Below the pieces are notes generated by a model. It made no database searches and had not been told where the DNA came from. It worked only from the letters and a program-made list of their open reading frames with translations. A program made the position numbers and the translations under genes. From assembly GCA_002269645.1 (NCBI GenBank), contig NIVC01003323.1, positions 1-64,000 of the forward strand: DNA of 64,000 nt. Reading direction: 5' to 3'. The stretch comes from Macrostomum lignano (taxonomy: Eukaryota). How positions within the stretch are numbered: position 1 is the stretch's first letter; each line of letters starts with the position of its first letter. Below are positions 1 to 11,535 of the stretch, piece after piece.

Positions 1-299
1 AATCTCATCCCTCCGTTTTCCCGACTTGCCTCATCTCTTCCTCCCGCTCGCAGTGTAGGCCTGCTAATACTTTGATGAATATGAGCCAGCACTGAATACA
101 CCACCAGTGAGTATTTGCCGGGGTATTTTGTGTCGACAAGATAAATGAGAGCTGGCTTGTCGTTAGCGACAGGTGGCAACACTAATTAGCTGTCAGTAAT
201 CCTTAATACATTTTTGCAAATGAATGAGATTAATGAGAGACTTGCACTTCTGTGTTTACATAAGTCATAGTTTTTTAATGATAGAATTATCTCTGATAG

Positions 300-1035
300 G
301 AAGCTTTGAGTCTGGGGAGCTTTGAGTCTGGGAAGAATTGAGTCTGGGAAGCTTTGAGTCTGGGGAGCTTTGAGTCTGGGAAGAATTGAGTCTGGGAAGC
401 TTTTAGTCTGGGAAGCTTTGAGTCTGGAAGAATTGAGTCTGGGAAGCTTTGAGTCTGGGGAGCTTTGAGTCTGGGAAGAATTGAGTCTGGGAAGCTTTGA
501 GTCTGGGGAGCTTTGAGTCTGGAAGAATTGAGTCTGGGAAGCTTTGAGTCTGGGGAAGCTTTGAGTCTGGGAAGCTTTGATCTGGGAAGCTTTGAGTCTG
601 GGAAGCTTTGAGTCTGGAAGCTTTGAGTCTGGAAGCTTTGAGTCTGGGAAGCTTTGAGTCTGGGAAGCTTTGAGTCTGGAAGAATTGAGTCTGGGAAGAA
701 TTGAGTCTGGGAAGCTTTGAGTACAGGTAGCATTGAGTACGGGCAGCTTTGAGTCTGGGAAGCTTTGAGTCTGGGAAGCTTTGAGTCTGGGAAGCTTTGA
801 GTCTGGGAAGCTTTGATTCTGGGAAGCTTTGATTCTGGGTAGCTTTGAGTACGGGTAGCATTGAGTACGGGCAGCTTTGCTTTGAGTACGGGCAGCTTTG
901 AGTACAGGCAGCTTTGAGTACGGGTAGCTTTGATTACGGGCAGCTTTGAGTACAGGCAGCTTTGAGTACGGGTAGCTTTGATTACGGGCAGCTTTGAGTA
1001 CAGGCAGCTTTGAGTACAGGCAGCTTTGAGTACGG
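300..1035. repeat. 16-17 bp minisatellite (GAAGCTTTGAGTCTGG(G), grading into GCAGCTTTGAGTAC(G/A)G)
   Basis: Tandem units read directly; explains spurious ORFs 287..733 and 403..861. Confidence 0.95.
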
Positions 1036-1589
1036 AACTTACTAACGCAGAGTGTCCCTACCAGAATACGGTCTCAAATTTGAAGCTATCCTGCCGGCAC
1101 AGAAATTCACTCAATCAGCTCCTGTAAGAACCACTGTTTTGTGCACTTTCCCGCCATAAAAACTTGGGTTGTATTTTCCCAATGAAATCCGCAATCCGAG
1201 AGCCCAGTGCTGGTCGAAAAAACAACTTTAGGGAGTTGCCCTCCCAATTCTGCATCCCAATCATCTCTTGCAGTGAGTGGCTCATTATTTATACAGCACA
1301 TGTGCAATGCACCGGACTTGCCCTTCTCTCTCTGGTTTACTAGCCTCTGAGGCCCGGTGTAGCCTTGAGTCCTGTTTAAAATAAGAAACCCAATCCAAGA
1401 ACAGTAAGATCAGTTTTTCCTGCCTAATTCCCATCGTAGCTTTGTCGGCTTTACGAGCTGCAAAACTATGATGGAAAGATGGGAAGGGACTTTGAGCAGC
1501 TGGGGAAAGAGGAATGGGGAGCGAAGGAGGAAGATGAGGGATGAGGGTGGAGACGGTGGAGAAAGAAAAGAGTTGGAAGGGAGGGGGAG

Positions 1590-2165
1590 AGGAAGCGAAT
1601 AAGCTGTGAAGCGGGGAGAAGGAAGGGTAGAGAAGGGGAGAGAAGAGAAGGGAAGGGGAGAGACGGGGAGAAGGGAAGTGACGGGGAGAGAAGAGAAGGA
1701 GAGTGAAAAGGAGTGAAGGGAGTGAAGGGGAGATACTGGGAGAGAAGGGGAGAGAAGAGAAGGGAAGGGGAGAGACGGGGAGAAGGGAAGTGACGGGGAG
1801 AGAAGAGAAGGAGAGTGAAAAGGAGTGAAGGGGAGTGAAGGGGAGATACTGGAGAGAAGGGGAGAGAAGAGAAGGGAAGGGGAGAGACGGGAGAAGGGAA
1901 GTGACGGGAGAGAAGTGAAGGAGAGTGAAAAGGAGTGAAGGGGAGTGAAGGGGAGATACTGGGAGAGAAGGGAGAGAAGGGAAGAGAAGGGAAGAGAAGG
2001 GGAGAGAAGGGAAGAGAAGGGAAGAGAAGGGGAGAGAAGGGGAGAGAAGGGGAGAGAAGGGGAGAGAAGGGGAGAGAAGGGGAGAGGAGGGAAGAGAAGG
2101 AGAGTGAGGGAGGAGAAGGGGAGAGATTGGGAGAAAAAGAGAGAAGGGAGCGGAGGGAGAGAGTG
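1590..2165. repeat. Polypurine (GA-rich) low-complexity tract
   Basis: Almost exclusively G/A, GGAGAGAAGG-like units. Confidence 0.9.
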
Positions 2166-2589
2166 GGGAGCAAAGTTAAGGTAATTCTGTCCGGCCTCCA
2201 GATCTCTGTAGTGGATTTTGGATTAGTGCGTGTTACTGAAGATCACTTGGATTAACTTTCTTAACTTTAACTTTCTTGAGCAAAGTCAAGGTAATTCTGT
2301 CCTAGTTGGGAGCAAAGTCAAGTGAAGAAATTAAACGTCTTTACTACTAACAAAGCTAGTAGGCCTGCTGTATGAAAAGTAGTACTAAAAACAATCAAAA
2401 AAGTTCATTTATTAGTTTAAATTTAAACATTTGTTTTTTAAAATTTTTTCTAGCTGAGATCTTTCGATCGAATTTTAAATTATTAATTTTTATCACCATG
2501 TAATTTGTCCGCTCCATGTAGTCGCTGCTCCCAGTTTTGCTCCCGTTGCCATCTAGTCCTGTCGCTTTTGTGTAATTGCCTGTGCTATA

Positions 2590-4092
2590 GGGGGAGAGAA
2601 GGAAACGGGAGAGAAAGGGAGAGGAGAGAATAGGAGAGAAGGGAGAGAAGGGGAGAGAAGGGGAGAAAAGGGGAGAGAAGGGGAGTGAAAGGGAAGGGAG
2701 AGAGAAGGAGAGACGGAGAGAAGGGGAGAGGAGGAGAAGGAGAGAGAAGGGGAGAGAAGGGAGAAGGGGAGAGAAGGGAGAAGGGGAGAGGAGGGAGAAG
2801 GGGAAAGGAGGGAGAAGGGGAGAGAAGGGAGAAGGGGAGAGGAGGGAGAAGGGGAGAGGAGGGAGAAGGGGAGAGAAGGGGAGAAGGGGAGTGAAAGGGA
2901 AGGGGAGAGAAGGGGAGAGACGGGGAGAAGGGGAGAGGAGGGAGAAGGAGAGAGAAGGGGAGAGAAGGGAGAAGGGGAGAGGAGGGAGAAGGGGAGACGG
3001 GGAGAAGGGGAGACGAGGGAGAAGGGGAGACGAGGGAGAAGGGGAGACGGGAGAAGGGAGAGAGGGAGAAGGGAGAGAAGGGAGAAGGGGAGAGAAGGGA
3101 GAAGGGGGAGAAGAAGAGAAGGGGAGAGGAGGGAGAAGGGGAGAGGAGGGAGAAGGGGAGAGGAGGGAGGAGAGAGAAGGGAGAAGGGGAGAGAAGAGAG
3201 AAGGGGAGAGGAGGGAGAAGGGGAGAAGGGGAGAAGAGGGAGAGGAGGGAGAAGGGGAGATGAGGGAGAAGGGGAGAGGAGGAGAAGGGGAGAGGAGGGA
3301 GAAGGGGAGAGAAGGGGAGAGGAGGGAGAAGGGAGAGGAGGGAGAAGGGGAGAGGAGGAGAAGGGGAGAGGAGGGAGAAGGGGAGAGAAGGGAGAAGGGG
3401 AGAGAAGGGAGAAGGGGAGAGAAGGGAGAAGGGGAGAGAAGGGAGAAGGGAGAGAAGGGAGAAGGGGAGAGAATGGAGAAGAGGGGAAAGAAGGGGAGAT
3501 GAGGGAGAAGGAGAGAGGAGGGAGAAGGGGAGAGGAGGGAGAAGGGGAGAGGAGGGAGAAGGGGAGAGGAGGGAGAAGGGGAGAGGAGGGAGAAGGGGAG
3601 ATGAGGGAGAAGGGGAGAGGAGGGAGAAGGGAGAGGAGGAGAAGGGGAGAGGAGGGAGAAGGGAGAGAAGGGAGAAGGGGAGAGGAGGGAGAAGGGGAGA
3701 GAAGGGAGAAGGGGAGAGAAGGGAGAAGGGAGAGAAGGGAGAAGGGGAGAGTAGGGAGAAGGGGAGAGAAGGAGAAGGGGAGAGAAGGGAGAAGGGGAAA
3801 GAAGGGGAGATGAGGGAGAAGGAGAGAGGAGGGAGAAGGGGAGAGGAGGGAGAAGGGGAGAGGAGGGAGAAGGGGAGAGAAGGGAGAAGGGGAGAGGAGG
3901 GAGAAGGGGAGACGAGGGAGAAGGGAGAGGAGGAGAAGGGGAGAGGAGGGAGAAGGGAGAGAAGGGAGAAGGGAGAGAAGGGAGAAGGGGAGAGAAGGGA
4001 GAAGGGGAGAGAAGGGAGAAGGGGAGAGAAGGGAGAAGGGGAAAGAAGGGAGAGGAGGGAGAAGGGGAGAGGAGGGAGAAGGGGAGAGGAGA
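2590..4092. repeat. Polypurine (GA-rich) tract, about 1.5 kb
   Basis: GGGAGAAGGGGAGA-like units; ORFs are only L/S/P/F or R/E/G. Confidence 0.95.
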
Positions 4093-4569
4093 AAAGTAGT
4101 AGTGGAGACAGAAAGCAATCATAAAACGGCATCCAACTCTAAAAGCTTCTCTGAACGAAATGGAATGAGTTGGGCCACCTGCAAGTCTACGGGGGTAGCT
4201 AAAAAAGCTCATCTGCTCAGATAAAGGTATTATTTTAACCCAACTAACTCCTATGAAACGTGATTCCGAAACGTTATTTTTGTTTTCCCACTACTTTTAG
4301 CTTGAAAATCGATTAAATGGTTGAAACTTTGCACGATTTTCTTAAGTTCCCAAATATTGCCCATGGGAGTTATTTAGTGGCAGCTGAATTTGATAATTTT
4401 GTTGAACGAATTCATTTATTTCGCTCTTAGCACTGAACACACTTGCACAGTGCTTTAATTTTGATTGCATTGCTGAATCTGAATTGTTTATATGCAATGT
4501 ATCTGACATTTTTGACTGCCGCATCAGGTGAGACAGCTCTCGTTACTGCAATTTGCCATTGATAAGATT

Positions 4570-4930
4570 GATCAGGTTGATGAGGCTGTAGTTCAGGCTG
4601 ATGAGGCTGCTGTTCAGCTGTATTTCAGATTGATGAGGCTGTAGTTCAGGTTGATGAGGCTGCTGTTCAGCTGCAGTTCAGATTGATGAGGCTGCTGTTC
4701 AGCTGTAGTTCAGATTGATGAGGCTGCTGTTCAGCTGTAGTTCAGATTGATGAGGCTGCTGTTCAGCTGTAGTTCAGGTTGATGAGGCTGCTGTTCAGCT
4801 GTAGTTCAGATTGATGAGGCTGCTGTTCAGCTGTAGTTCAGATTGATGAGGCTGCTGTTCAGCTGTAGTTCAGGTTGATGAGGCTGCTGTTCAGCTGTAG
4901 TTCAGATTGATGAGGCTGCTGTTCAGCAGC
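4570..4930. repeat. 32-bp minisatellite GATGAGGCTGCTGTTCAGCTGTAGTTCAGATT
   Basis: About 10 tandem copies. Confidence 0.9.
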
Positions 4931-5329
4931 AGAATACACTGATTCAGAATCTGGCATGGTCAATAAACTAGAGCCGATCATTGCCAGTCAGCTGATCAGA
5001 CCATAATTCTGATGAATCGGGGAGGGCAAAGTGGCGCGGCGCGCCTCAGCTTCTCAAATACGAGTGTTTGCTTTGTGGGCGATCGGCTCCTGGGGTTTTT
5101 ATCTGCTGGGGGCATGCCAGAGCATAAAAGATTTCAGAGATTAAGCTGACTGTTTGGTGTAGTCGGGATTATGCTAAATCTCTCTGTAGTTCAGTCTGCT
5201 CCAGGAGCCGCCTAGCGCATTCTTTCAGCTTCTGTGTGTCAGTTCTGACTCATATTGGTCCCCCGCCTCTGTGTGCTGTTTGAGCAGCACGACCTCCTGT
5301 CTCCTGCCTGCTCGTTCCACTTGAGCCCC

Positions 5330-6246
5330 TTCTCCCTCTCTCCCTCTCTCCCTCTTTGCCTCTCCCCTCTCTCCCTCTCTCCATCTCTCCCTCTCTCCAT
5401 CTCTCCCTCTCTCCATCTCTCCCTCTCTCCATCTCTCCCTCTCTCCCCTCTCTCCCTCTCTCCCTCTTTGCCTCTCTCCTCTCTCCGTCTCTCCCCTCTC
5501 TCCCTCTCTCCCTCTCTCCCTCTTTGCCTCTCTCCCCTCTCTCTCTCTCTCTTTGCCTCTCTCCCCTCTTTCCCTCTCTCCCTCTTTGCCTCTCTCCCCT
5601 CTCTCTCTCTCTTTGCCTCTCTCCCCTCTTTCCCTCTCTCCCTCTTTGCCTCTCTCCCCTCTTTCCCTCTCTCCCTCTTTGCCTCTCTCCCCTCTTTCCC
5701 TCTCTCCCTCTTTGCCTCTCTCCCCTCTCTCCCTCTCTCCCTCTCTCCCTCTCTCCCTCTCTCCCTCTCTCCCTCTCTCCCTCTTTGCCTCTCCCCTCTC
5801 TCCCTCTCTCCATCTCTCCCTCTCTCCATCTCTCCCTCTCTCCATCTCTCCCTCTCTCCATCTCTCCCTCTCTCCCCTCTCTCCCTCTCTCCCTCTTTGC
5901 CTCTCTCCCTCTCTCCGTCTCTCCCCTCTCTCCCTCTCTCCCTCTCTCCCTCTTTGCCTCTCTCCCCTCTCTCTCTCTCTCTTTGCCTCTCTCCCCTCTC
6001 TCTCTCTCTCTTTGCCTCTCTCCCCTCTTTCCCTCTCTCCCTCTTTGCCTCTCTCCCCTCTCTCTCTCTCTTTGCCTCTCTCCCCTCTTTCCCTCTCTCC
6101 CTCTTTGCCTCTCTCCCCTCTTTCCCTCTCTCCCTCTTTGCCTCTCTCCCCTCTTTCCCTCTCTCCCTCTTTGCCTCTCTCCCCTCTCTCCCTCTCTCCC
6201 TCTCTCCCTCTCTCCCTCTCTCCCTGTCTCCCTCTCTCTCTCTCTC
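5330..6246. repeat. Polypyrimidine (CT-rich) tract
   Basis: CTCTCCCTCT/CTTTGCCTCT units with an internal larger duplication. Confidence 0.95.
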
Positions 6247-6275
6247 GCCCTAATTTTAGCCAATAATTTCTGCAG

Positions 6276-6551
6276 CTCACTCGCCCATTCACCACCCCAG
6301 CAGCGCTTGTCATTTCGATCTTCGCGGCCAGTTCGGCCCCAATCGAGTCGGCGGCAGCTCCGGGACAGCTCGGCCACCGCCTGCGCGAGCTGTGGCATCG
6401 GAGAGTCCGCTTCTACCTGAGGATGCGGCGAAGACCCGAGTGCCGGCGATTCGATCGGCTCAGCGGGCGGTCTGGCTTGCGCCAAACAGTTAACCGCTTC
6501 TACCATGACTGCCGGCTCTACCTGTGGCTCATGATGCACACTGTAGCTTAG
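6276..6551 (+). CDS. Putative terminal coding exon of an unidentified gene ([25 protein letters not shown]...[16 protein letters not shown]...[20 protein letters not shown])
   Basis: TTTCTGCAG acceptor at 6267-6275 after a long pyrimidine tract; 92-codon open frame with C/G-ending codon bias; the minus-strand ORF 5250..6539 is its exact antisense frame. No recognisable domain and no upstream exon confirmed. Confidence 0.45.
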   Translation, partial: LTRPFTTPAALVISIFAASSAPIESAAAPGQLGHRLRELWHRRVRFYLRMRRRPECRRFDRLSGRSGLRQTVNRFYHDCRLYLWLMMHTVA

Positions 6552-7085
6552 ATATTAGCGGCTCTACCTGTGGCTCATGATGCACACTGTAGCTTAGATA
6601 ATAGCGGCTCTACCTGTGGCTCATGATGCACACTGTAGCTTAGATAATAGCGGCTCTACCTGTGGCTCATGATGCACACTGTAGCTTAGATAATAGCGGC
6701 TCTACCTGTGGCTCATGATGCACACTGTAGCTTAGATAATAGCGGCTCTACCTGTGGCTCATGATGCACACTGTAGCTTAGATAATAGCGGCTCTACCTG
6801 TGGCTCATGATGCACACTGTAGCTTAGATAATAGCGGCTCTACCTGTGGCTCATGATGCACACTGTAGCTTAGATAATAGCGGCTCTACCTGTGGCTCAT
6901 GATGCACACTGTAGCTTAGATAATAGCGGCTCTACCTGTGGCTCATGATGCACACTGTAGCTTAGATAATAGCGGCTCTACCTGTGGCTCATGATGCACA
7001 CTGTAGCTTAGATAATAGCGGCTCTACCTGTGGCTCATGATGCACACTGTAGCTTAGATAATAGCGGCTCTACCTGTGGCTCATG
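6511..7085. repeat. 46-bp minisatellite GGCTCTACCTGTGGCTCATGATGCACACTGTAGCTTAGATAATAGC
   Basis: About 12 near-identical copies; the unit equals the last codons and stop of the 6276 exon. Confidence 0.95.
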
Positions 7086-7475
7086 AAGCACTTCATGTAA
7101 ATTTTCAGTTCGGATAATAATAAAATATTCGAGCAGGCGAAATTTCTTTGCGACACTACTGATAAGTATCAGTAGGCTGGATAGGAATGCCTCGCAATCA
7201 ATATCCGTCTTTAAAATAAAAAACGTGTTTCGGAGGCATAAAATGAAATGAGGAGAGTTTTTTATGAATCTGGCTGTAAATATTTATTATATTCAATAAA
7301 ATTCAAAAACCATAACCTACTATCTATACCATGCATTAAAATAGACTGATCCAAGTATATTACTATGCGCAAACTATTGCAGAACTGAAGCGGAAATTAT
7401 AAAATTAGATTATGCGAAAGAGAACACAAGCCTGTCATTGATGCATCATTTATTCTTGGCTCTGCGCTAGAATTC

Positions 7476-8030
<555 letters not shown>

Positions 8031-8771
8031 AGAGACTGTGAAGGCCCGCAAGGCACGGCTGCAGCAGTCATGAAGATGGGCACAGCAAACACAAATACAC
8101 ACAGAAGGCTGAAAGCAGATCAAATTACTCGCTGGACCCAGCAGCAGTCCAGTGCAAATATTCGGATTCGAACTTTCTCTACTCCTTGACTGAGCAGGCC
8201 TTCCAGAGGTCAGTGGTGCGGCAGTGCATAATGGGGTAAGCATGCAAAAAACCCATGGAGTACTCTTTACTCAGCAAACCCCCTTGAGCCACAGCAGGAA
8301 TTTTGTGCAATTTTGTAGCCGCAAGCTGGCTCAGCCGAGAGTCCACTGTGTCGGTGACCTCTGGTTGTTGTGTCAGGGAATTGTCAAATGGAACATCTTG
8401 TTGTGCCACCTGGCTACCAGTTGCCAGCCCAGATTTGCTATTCCATTTTTGTTCTGCCTCTCCCCCCCTCCGTTTCTCCTTTCGCCAGCTGACAGCGCAT
8501 TATGGAACGGGTGGACAGAAAAGATGACAGCTGACTTTTTTGTATCGTTTTGGCCAGCATTTGCCTGTCTAATGGCTTCTAGCGTCTTCACGCAACACTG
8601 GGCTTGTATGTAGGAAAATGGGCATTTGGACTCGGTGTTTCATTAATAAAACCCAAGACTTTGAGAAGCTTTTGAGAATCGTGTGCCAGGGACTGTTAGA
8701 CACCTGGATTGGAAATAGGACCAAATCTAATCCGAGAACCTTACACTGTCCAGAGGTTACCAAGATTTGTA

Positions 8772-9079
8772 GGAGGGCAGCGGGCACCCTGGTGCAACGC
8801 CTTCGGCGACATGGTCCCACAGCCGGCGCTGACGGCAATTCTGCCCATTCCGCTGACTCCTGACCTCGTGCACACGCTCACACAGGGTGTACAGCGGCCC
8901 GCCAGGCATGTACAGTCTCTGTGCCTGGGGGTTGGCCCTCATGGCTGTGAATAGTGCAACAGCATCCTTGGCCAATTTCAGCGCACACGAGCCTGCAGTA
9001 AATGAAAGTGTTTTCGCACGGAATCGAACCCGGGGTCGTGGCGCGAGAGTCAGACCCGCTTACCGCTGAGCTGCTCTCC
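8772..9079 (-). mobile_element. tRNA-derived SINE, copy A
   Basis: Minus strand starts GGAGAGCAGCTCAGCGGTAAG (A box) ... GGGTTCGATTCC (B box); body and 3' end (GTCGCCGAAGGCGTTGCACCAGGGTGCCCGCTGCCCTCC) match copies at 12973 and 54994. Confidence 0.8.
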
Positions 9080-9619
9080 CCCTGCTGTCAGCCCAGGTCC
9101 TGCATACAGAGGTCCATGAATATACATGGTAGGCTCATAATGTTCAAAGGACCAATGCTAATGGTTGAATCAAAGACCGCTACATGTCAAAGAAAATTAC
9201 GTTTTAAGACACACTAGAGAGTGAGTTGGCGTGGTTCCACCGTAGCAGAGCAAAGCTGTTTCAAGCACTTTTTCTACTTCGTTCGTTCGGTTGTTGCATG
9301 GGAATTTGCTCCCCGGCATAAAACCAGACCAGAGCCACTGAGATCTACGACTAGCGTGTGCCACTGCTATAGTTGCTAGTGCGCTCTTGCGCCAGTGTGC
9401 CGTTATGACAGAGTTATGACGCCTTGTGCAGCCGTACCCGTCGGTTTGTATGCACAAGGCCAGCTTCGGACTCGAGAATGATGACTAACTGGAACTTCTT
9501 CGACGTACATTTTGTACCCTCGAGGGTTTGTTTCGTATCATGATAGACATGGTTTAATATTATTTAATTTTTATAGATCCCCGATTTTCTCTCTTTTCTT
9601 TAGATAATTCTTGCGGGCC

Positions 9620-9875
9620 AGATGAGAGATGAGAGGGAGAGGGAATGGGGGAGAGAAAAGAAGAAAGAGGAGATGAGAGGTGAAAGGCAAGATGAGAGAT
9701 GCGATGAGAAATTAGATGAGATAAGAGAATAGAGATGATGATACGATGAGAGAAGATAAGAAGACAGATGAAAGAAGAGATGATGGAAGAGGATACTAGA
9801 AAGAAAGGCGAGGAGATGAGAAAAGAGGAGCGGCGAGAGATGACAGGAGAGAGGAGAGGCGAGTAGAGGGGAGAG
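9620..9875. repeat. GA-rich low-complexity tract
   Basis: Degenerate GAGATGA/GAGA repeats. Confidence 0.7.
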
Positions 9876-10267
9876 GTTTCAAAGTTTCAAAGGACCCGAA
9901 GGCCGGATAGAGAGGCTTCGCGGACCGGGCCGCACATGGCAGGGAGCAGCAGGGCCGGGGGTGCCCATTCCCCTCGCGCCAGCCTTATAAGACAGCCTAC
10001 ATGTATTGTACAAGGAGGTCCGGGCCCTCTCAAGAGTTGATATTTCACCTACTAAAGATCCAGATTTCCTTGTCAGAACCAACAGCGGCAGCCAATAGGA
10101 ACCGAGGCAGCCAGTCATAAGAGGGCTTGAGGTCACAACGCTCGATTTTTTACACACGGCAGCTGTTGGGTTGGCAACCGAACCGGCCAGCTGCTGCTTT
10201 TGAGTTCACTAAAGTGCATCCCCCTCTCTCTCTGCCAGCTCTGCCTAGTCTCACTCTGCCAGCCGCA

Positions 10268-10555
10268 ATGAATGAGTCCCATAGTAACGACTCGGAACTG
10301 GCCGGACCCAGCCTGATGTACATCAGTCTCCGAGTGCTGACGTTTCCGGTTGCCGAGATTGGCCTGTCATTCAGCTGCCTGACTCTGAACCTGCTGGTCA
10401 AGAAGTACCAACGCGGCCGAGAGACCTTCGACGTTGGGCTCATTCTGATGCAGGTGGCCCAGGTCACCTACTGCCTGCTGATCAACGGCTATGCTGCGTT
10501 TGACGTCATCTCTGTGGTGCAGGGCCGGCACCACGAATACCACTGGCCCTTCCTG
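10268..10555 (+). CDS. Rhodopsin-class GPCR exon 1 (N-terminus, TM1-TM2)
   Basis: GCCGCAATG start; MNESHSNDS N-glycosylation sequons; two hydrophobic segments; phase-0 donor GTGAGC at 10556. Confidence 0.8.
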
Positions 10556-10594
10556 GTGAGCGGTAACTCTGCTGTTCAGTGTTGAGAGAGGGGA

Positions 10595-11102
10595 GGTCAG
10601 TTCCCTCCGGTCTGGTCGGTTCCCTCCGATCCGGTCAGTTCCCTCCGATCTGGTCAGTTCCCTCCGATCTGGTCAGTTCCCTCTGATCTGGTCGTTTCCC
10701 TCCGATCCGGTCAGTTCCCTCCGATCTGGTCAGTTCCCTCTGATCTGGTCAGTTCCCTCTGATCTGGTCGGTTCCCTCTGATCTGGTTAGTTCCCTCTGA
10801 TCTGGTCAGTTCCCTCTGATCTGGTCAGTTCCCTCTGATCTGGTCAGTTCCCTTTGCTCTGGTCAGTTCCATCTGATCTGGTCAGTTCCCTTTGCTCTGG
10901 TCAGTTCCCTCCGATCTGGTCAGTTCCCTCTGATCTGGTCAGTTCCCTCTGATCTGGTCAGTTCCCTCTGATCTGGTCAGTTCCCTTTGCTCTGGTCAGT
11001 TCCTTCTGATCTGGTCAGTTCCCTTTGCTCTGGTCAGTTCCCTCCGATCTGGTCAGTTCCCTCTAATCTGGTCAGTTCCCTTTGCTCTGGTCAGTTCCCT
11101 CT
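10595..11102. repeat. 19-bp intronic minisatellite GTTCCCTC(T/C)GATCTGGTCA
   Basis: About 26 copies beginning about 40 bp after the GPCR exon 1 donor. Confidence 0.95.
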
Positions 11103-11535
11103 GTAACCACAGTGGATTCTGTAAACTAAACAAGCTGGGCAATGACCTGAAGTAACCACAGTGGACTCTGTAAACTAAACAAGCTGGGCAATGACCTGAA
11201 GTAACCACAGTGGACTCTGTAAACTAAACAAGCTGGGCAATGACCTGAAGTAACCACAGTGGACTCTGTAAACTAAACAAGCTGGGCAATGACCTGAAGT
11301 AACCACAGTGGACTCTGTAAACTAAACAAGCTGGGCATTGACCTGAAGTAACCACAGTGGACTCTGTAAACTAAACAAGCTGGGCATTGACCTGAAGTAA
11401 CCACAGTGGACTCTGTAAACTAAACAAGCTGGGCGATGACCTGAAGTAACCACAGTGGACTCTGTAAACTAAACAAGCTGGGCATTGACCTGAAGTAACC
11501 ACAGTGGACTCTGTAAACTAAACAATCTGGGCAAT
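11103..11535. repeat. 49-bp minisatellite GTAACCACAGTGGACTCTGTAAACTAAACAAGCTGGGCAATGACCTGAA
   Basis: About 9 copies directly abutting the 19-bp array. Confidence 0.95.

Noticed and set aside
287-6420. Long ORFs of L/S/P/F or R/E/G (including similar ones at 21836-23548, 31544-32537 and 39643-40507)
   Set aside because: Translations of GA/CT low-complexity tracts, open in several frames and on both strands.
5250-6539. 429-aa minus-strand ORF
   Set aside because: Exact antisense frame of the plus-strand exon plus the CT tract; codon bias and the splice acceptor favour the plus strand.
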